Below are positions 61,901 to 64,000 of a stretch of 64,000 nucleotides of DNA, piece by piece; position 1 is the stretch's first letter; each line of letters opens with the position of its first letter. The translations under genes and the position numbers were made by a program. The notes under the pieces were generated by a model. That model saw only the letters and a program-made list of their open reading frames with translations. It ran no database searches and had not been told where the DNA came from. The stretch covers positions 13,330,001-13,394,000 of the forward strand of contig OZ024740.1 in NCBI GenBank assembly GCA_964016885.1, read 5' to 3'. The stretch is from Eledone cirrhosa (taxonomy: Eukaryota).

Positions 61901-64000
61901 ATGGTGGTGGTGGTGTTGCTAGTGATGGTGGTGGTGGTGTTGCTAGTGATGGTGCTGGTGTTGTTGCTAGTGATAGTGATGGCGGTGGTGGTGTTGCTAG
62001 TGATAGTGGTGGTGGTGTTGCTAGTGATAGTGGTGGTGGTGTTGCTAGTGATGGTGGTGGTGGTGTTGCTAGTGATGGTGATGGTGTTGTTGCTAGTGAT
62101 GGTGGTGGTGGTGTTGCTAGTGATGGTGGTGGTGGTGTTGCTAGTGATAGTTGTGGTGGTGTTGCTAGTGATGGTGGTGGTGGTGTTGCTAGTGATGGTG
62201 GTGGTGGTGTTGCTAGTGATGGTGATGGTGGTGTTGCTAGTGATGGTGGTGGTGGTGTTGCTAGCGATGGTGGTGGTGGTGTTGCTAGTGATGGTGGTGG
62301 TGGTGTTGCTAGTGATAGTGATGGTGGTGTTGCTAGTGATGGTGGTGGTGGTGTTGCTAGTGATGGTGGTGGTAATGTTGCTAGTGATACTGGTAGTGGT
62401 ATTGCTAGTGATAGTGGTGGTGGTGTTGCTAGTGATAGTGGTGGTGGTGTTGCTAGTGATAGTGGTGGTGGTGGTGGTGTTGCTAGTGATGGTGGTTGTG
62501 ATGTTGCTAGTGATACTGGTGGTGGTGTTGCTAGTGATGGTGATGGTGGTGTTGCTAGTGATAGTGGTGGTGGTGTTGCTAGTGATAGTGGTGGTGGTGT
62601 TGCTAGTGATAGTGGTGGTGGTGTTGCTAGTGATAGTGGTGGTGGTGTTGCTAGTGATAGTGGTGGTGGTGTTGCTAGTGATAGTGGTGGTGGTGTTGCT
62701 AGTGATGGTGGTGGTGGTGTTGCTAGTGATGGTGATGGTGGTGTTGCTAGTGATGGTAGTGGTAGTGTTGCTAGTGATGGTGGTGGTGGTGTTGCTAGTG
62801 ATAGTGGTGGTGGTGTTGCTAGTGATGGTGTTGTTGCTAGTGATAGTGGTGGTGGTGTTGCTAGTGATAGTGGTGGTGGTGTTGCTAGTGATGGTGGTGT
62901 TGGTGATGGTGTTGCTAGTGATGGTGATGGTGGTGGTGGTGTTGTTAGTGATGGTGGTAGTGGTGTTGCTAGTGATGGTGGTGGTGGTGTTGCTAGTGAT
63001 GATGGTGGTGGTGTTGCTAGTGATAGTGGTGGTGGTGTTGCTAGTGATGGTGGTGGTGGTGTTGCTAGTGATAGTGGTGGTGGTGTTGCTAGTGATAGTG
63101 GTGGTGGTGTTGCTAGTGATAGTGGTGGTGGTGTTGCTAGTGATAGTGGTGGTGGTGTTGCTAGTGATGGTGGTGGTGGTGTTGCTAGTGATGGTGGTGG
63201 TGGTGTTGCTAGTGATGGTGGTGGTGGTGTTGCTAGTGATAGTGGTGGTGGTGTTGCTAGTGATGGTGGTGGTGTTGCTAGTGATAGTGATGGTGGTGGT
63301 GGTGTTGCTAGTGATGGTGGTGTTGCTAGTGATAGTGGTGGTGGTGTTGCTAGTGATGGTGGTGGTGGTGTTGCTAGTGATGGTGATGGTAGTGTTGCTA
63401 GTGATGGTGGTGGTGGTGTTGCTAGTGATAGTGGTGGTGGTGTTACTAGTGATGGTGATGGTGGTGTTGCTAGTGATAGTGCTGGTGGTGTTGTTAGTGA
63501 TGGTGGTGGTGGTGTTGCTAGTGATGGTGATGGTGGTGTTGCTAGTGATGGTGGTGGTGGTGTTGCTTGTGATGGTGGTGGTGGTGGTGTTGCTAGTGAT
63601 GGTGGTGGTGGTGTTGCTAGTGATGGTGGTGGTGGTGTTGCTAGGGATAGTGGTGGTGGTGTTGCTAGTGATGGTGGCGGTGGTGTTGCTAGTGATGGTG
63701 ATGGTGGTGTTGCTAGTGATGGTGGTGGTGGTGTTGCTAGTGATGGTGGTGGTGGTGTTGCTAGTGATGGTGGTGGTGGTGTTGCTAGTGATAGTGATGG
63801 TGGTGTTGCTAGTGATGGTGGTGGTGGTGTTGCTAGTGATGGTGGTGGTAATGCTGCTAGTGATACTGGTGGTGGTGTTGCTAGTGATGGTGGTGGTGGT
63901 GTTGCTATTGATGGTGGTGGTGGTGTTGCTAGTGATAGTGGTGGTGGTGTTGCTAGTGATAGTGGTGGTGGTGTTGCTAGTGATAGTGGTGTTGCTAGTG
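34953..64000. repeat. >29-kb 24-bp minisatellite array, consensus GTTGCTAGTGAT(G/A)GTGGTGGTGGT, running off the window end
   Basis: Directly visible. Units vary mainly in GGT count and single substitutions; no inserted elements seen. Confidence 0.99.

Overview
Repeat-dominated animal genomic DNA. The SINE motifs and dense (TA)n/(CA)n/(GA)n microsatellites suggest a cephalopod such as Octopus, but this is inferred from recalled repeat families, not from a search. No intact host gene is supported. The first 35 kb is a nest of transposons: a near-intact Penelope-like element (PLE; RT + GIY-YIG, Naiad/Neptune-like) with a hammerhead ribozyme (HHR) in its 3' region, a decayed full-length L1/Tx1-type LINE with a near-identical truncated duplicate, a non-autonomous Helitron, two RTE LINEs (one with a 5' inversion), SINE fragments and GT-rich satellites. 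From ~34.95 kb to the window end runs one 24-bp minisatellite array with kilobase-scale higher-order duplications; its very long ORFs are probably artefacts. The least expected layer is non-coding. It comprises five minimal HHRs from about four families and five fold-back (inverted-repeat) junctions capping short elements, most set in (TA)n tracts. One of these capped elements is a tandem tRNA-like unit with PLE-type architecture but no ribozyme.
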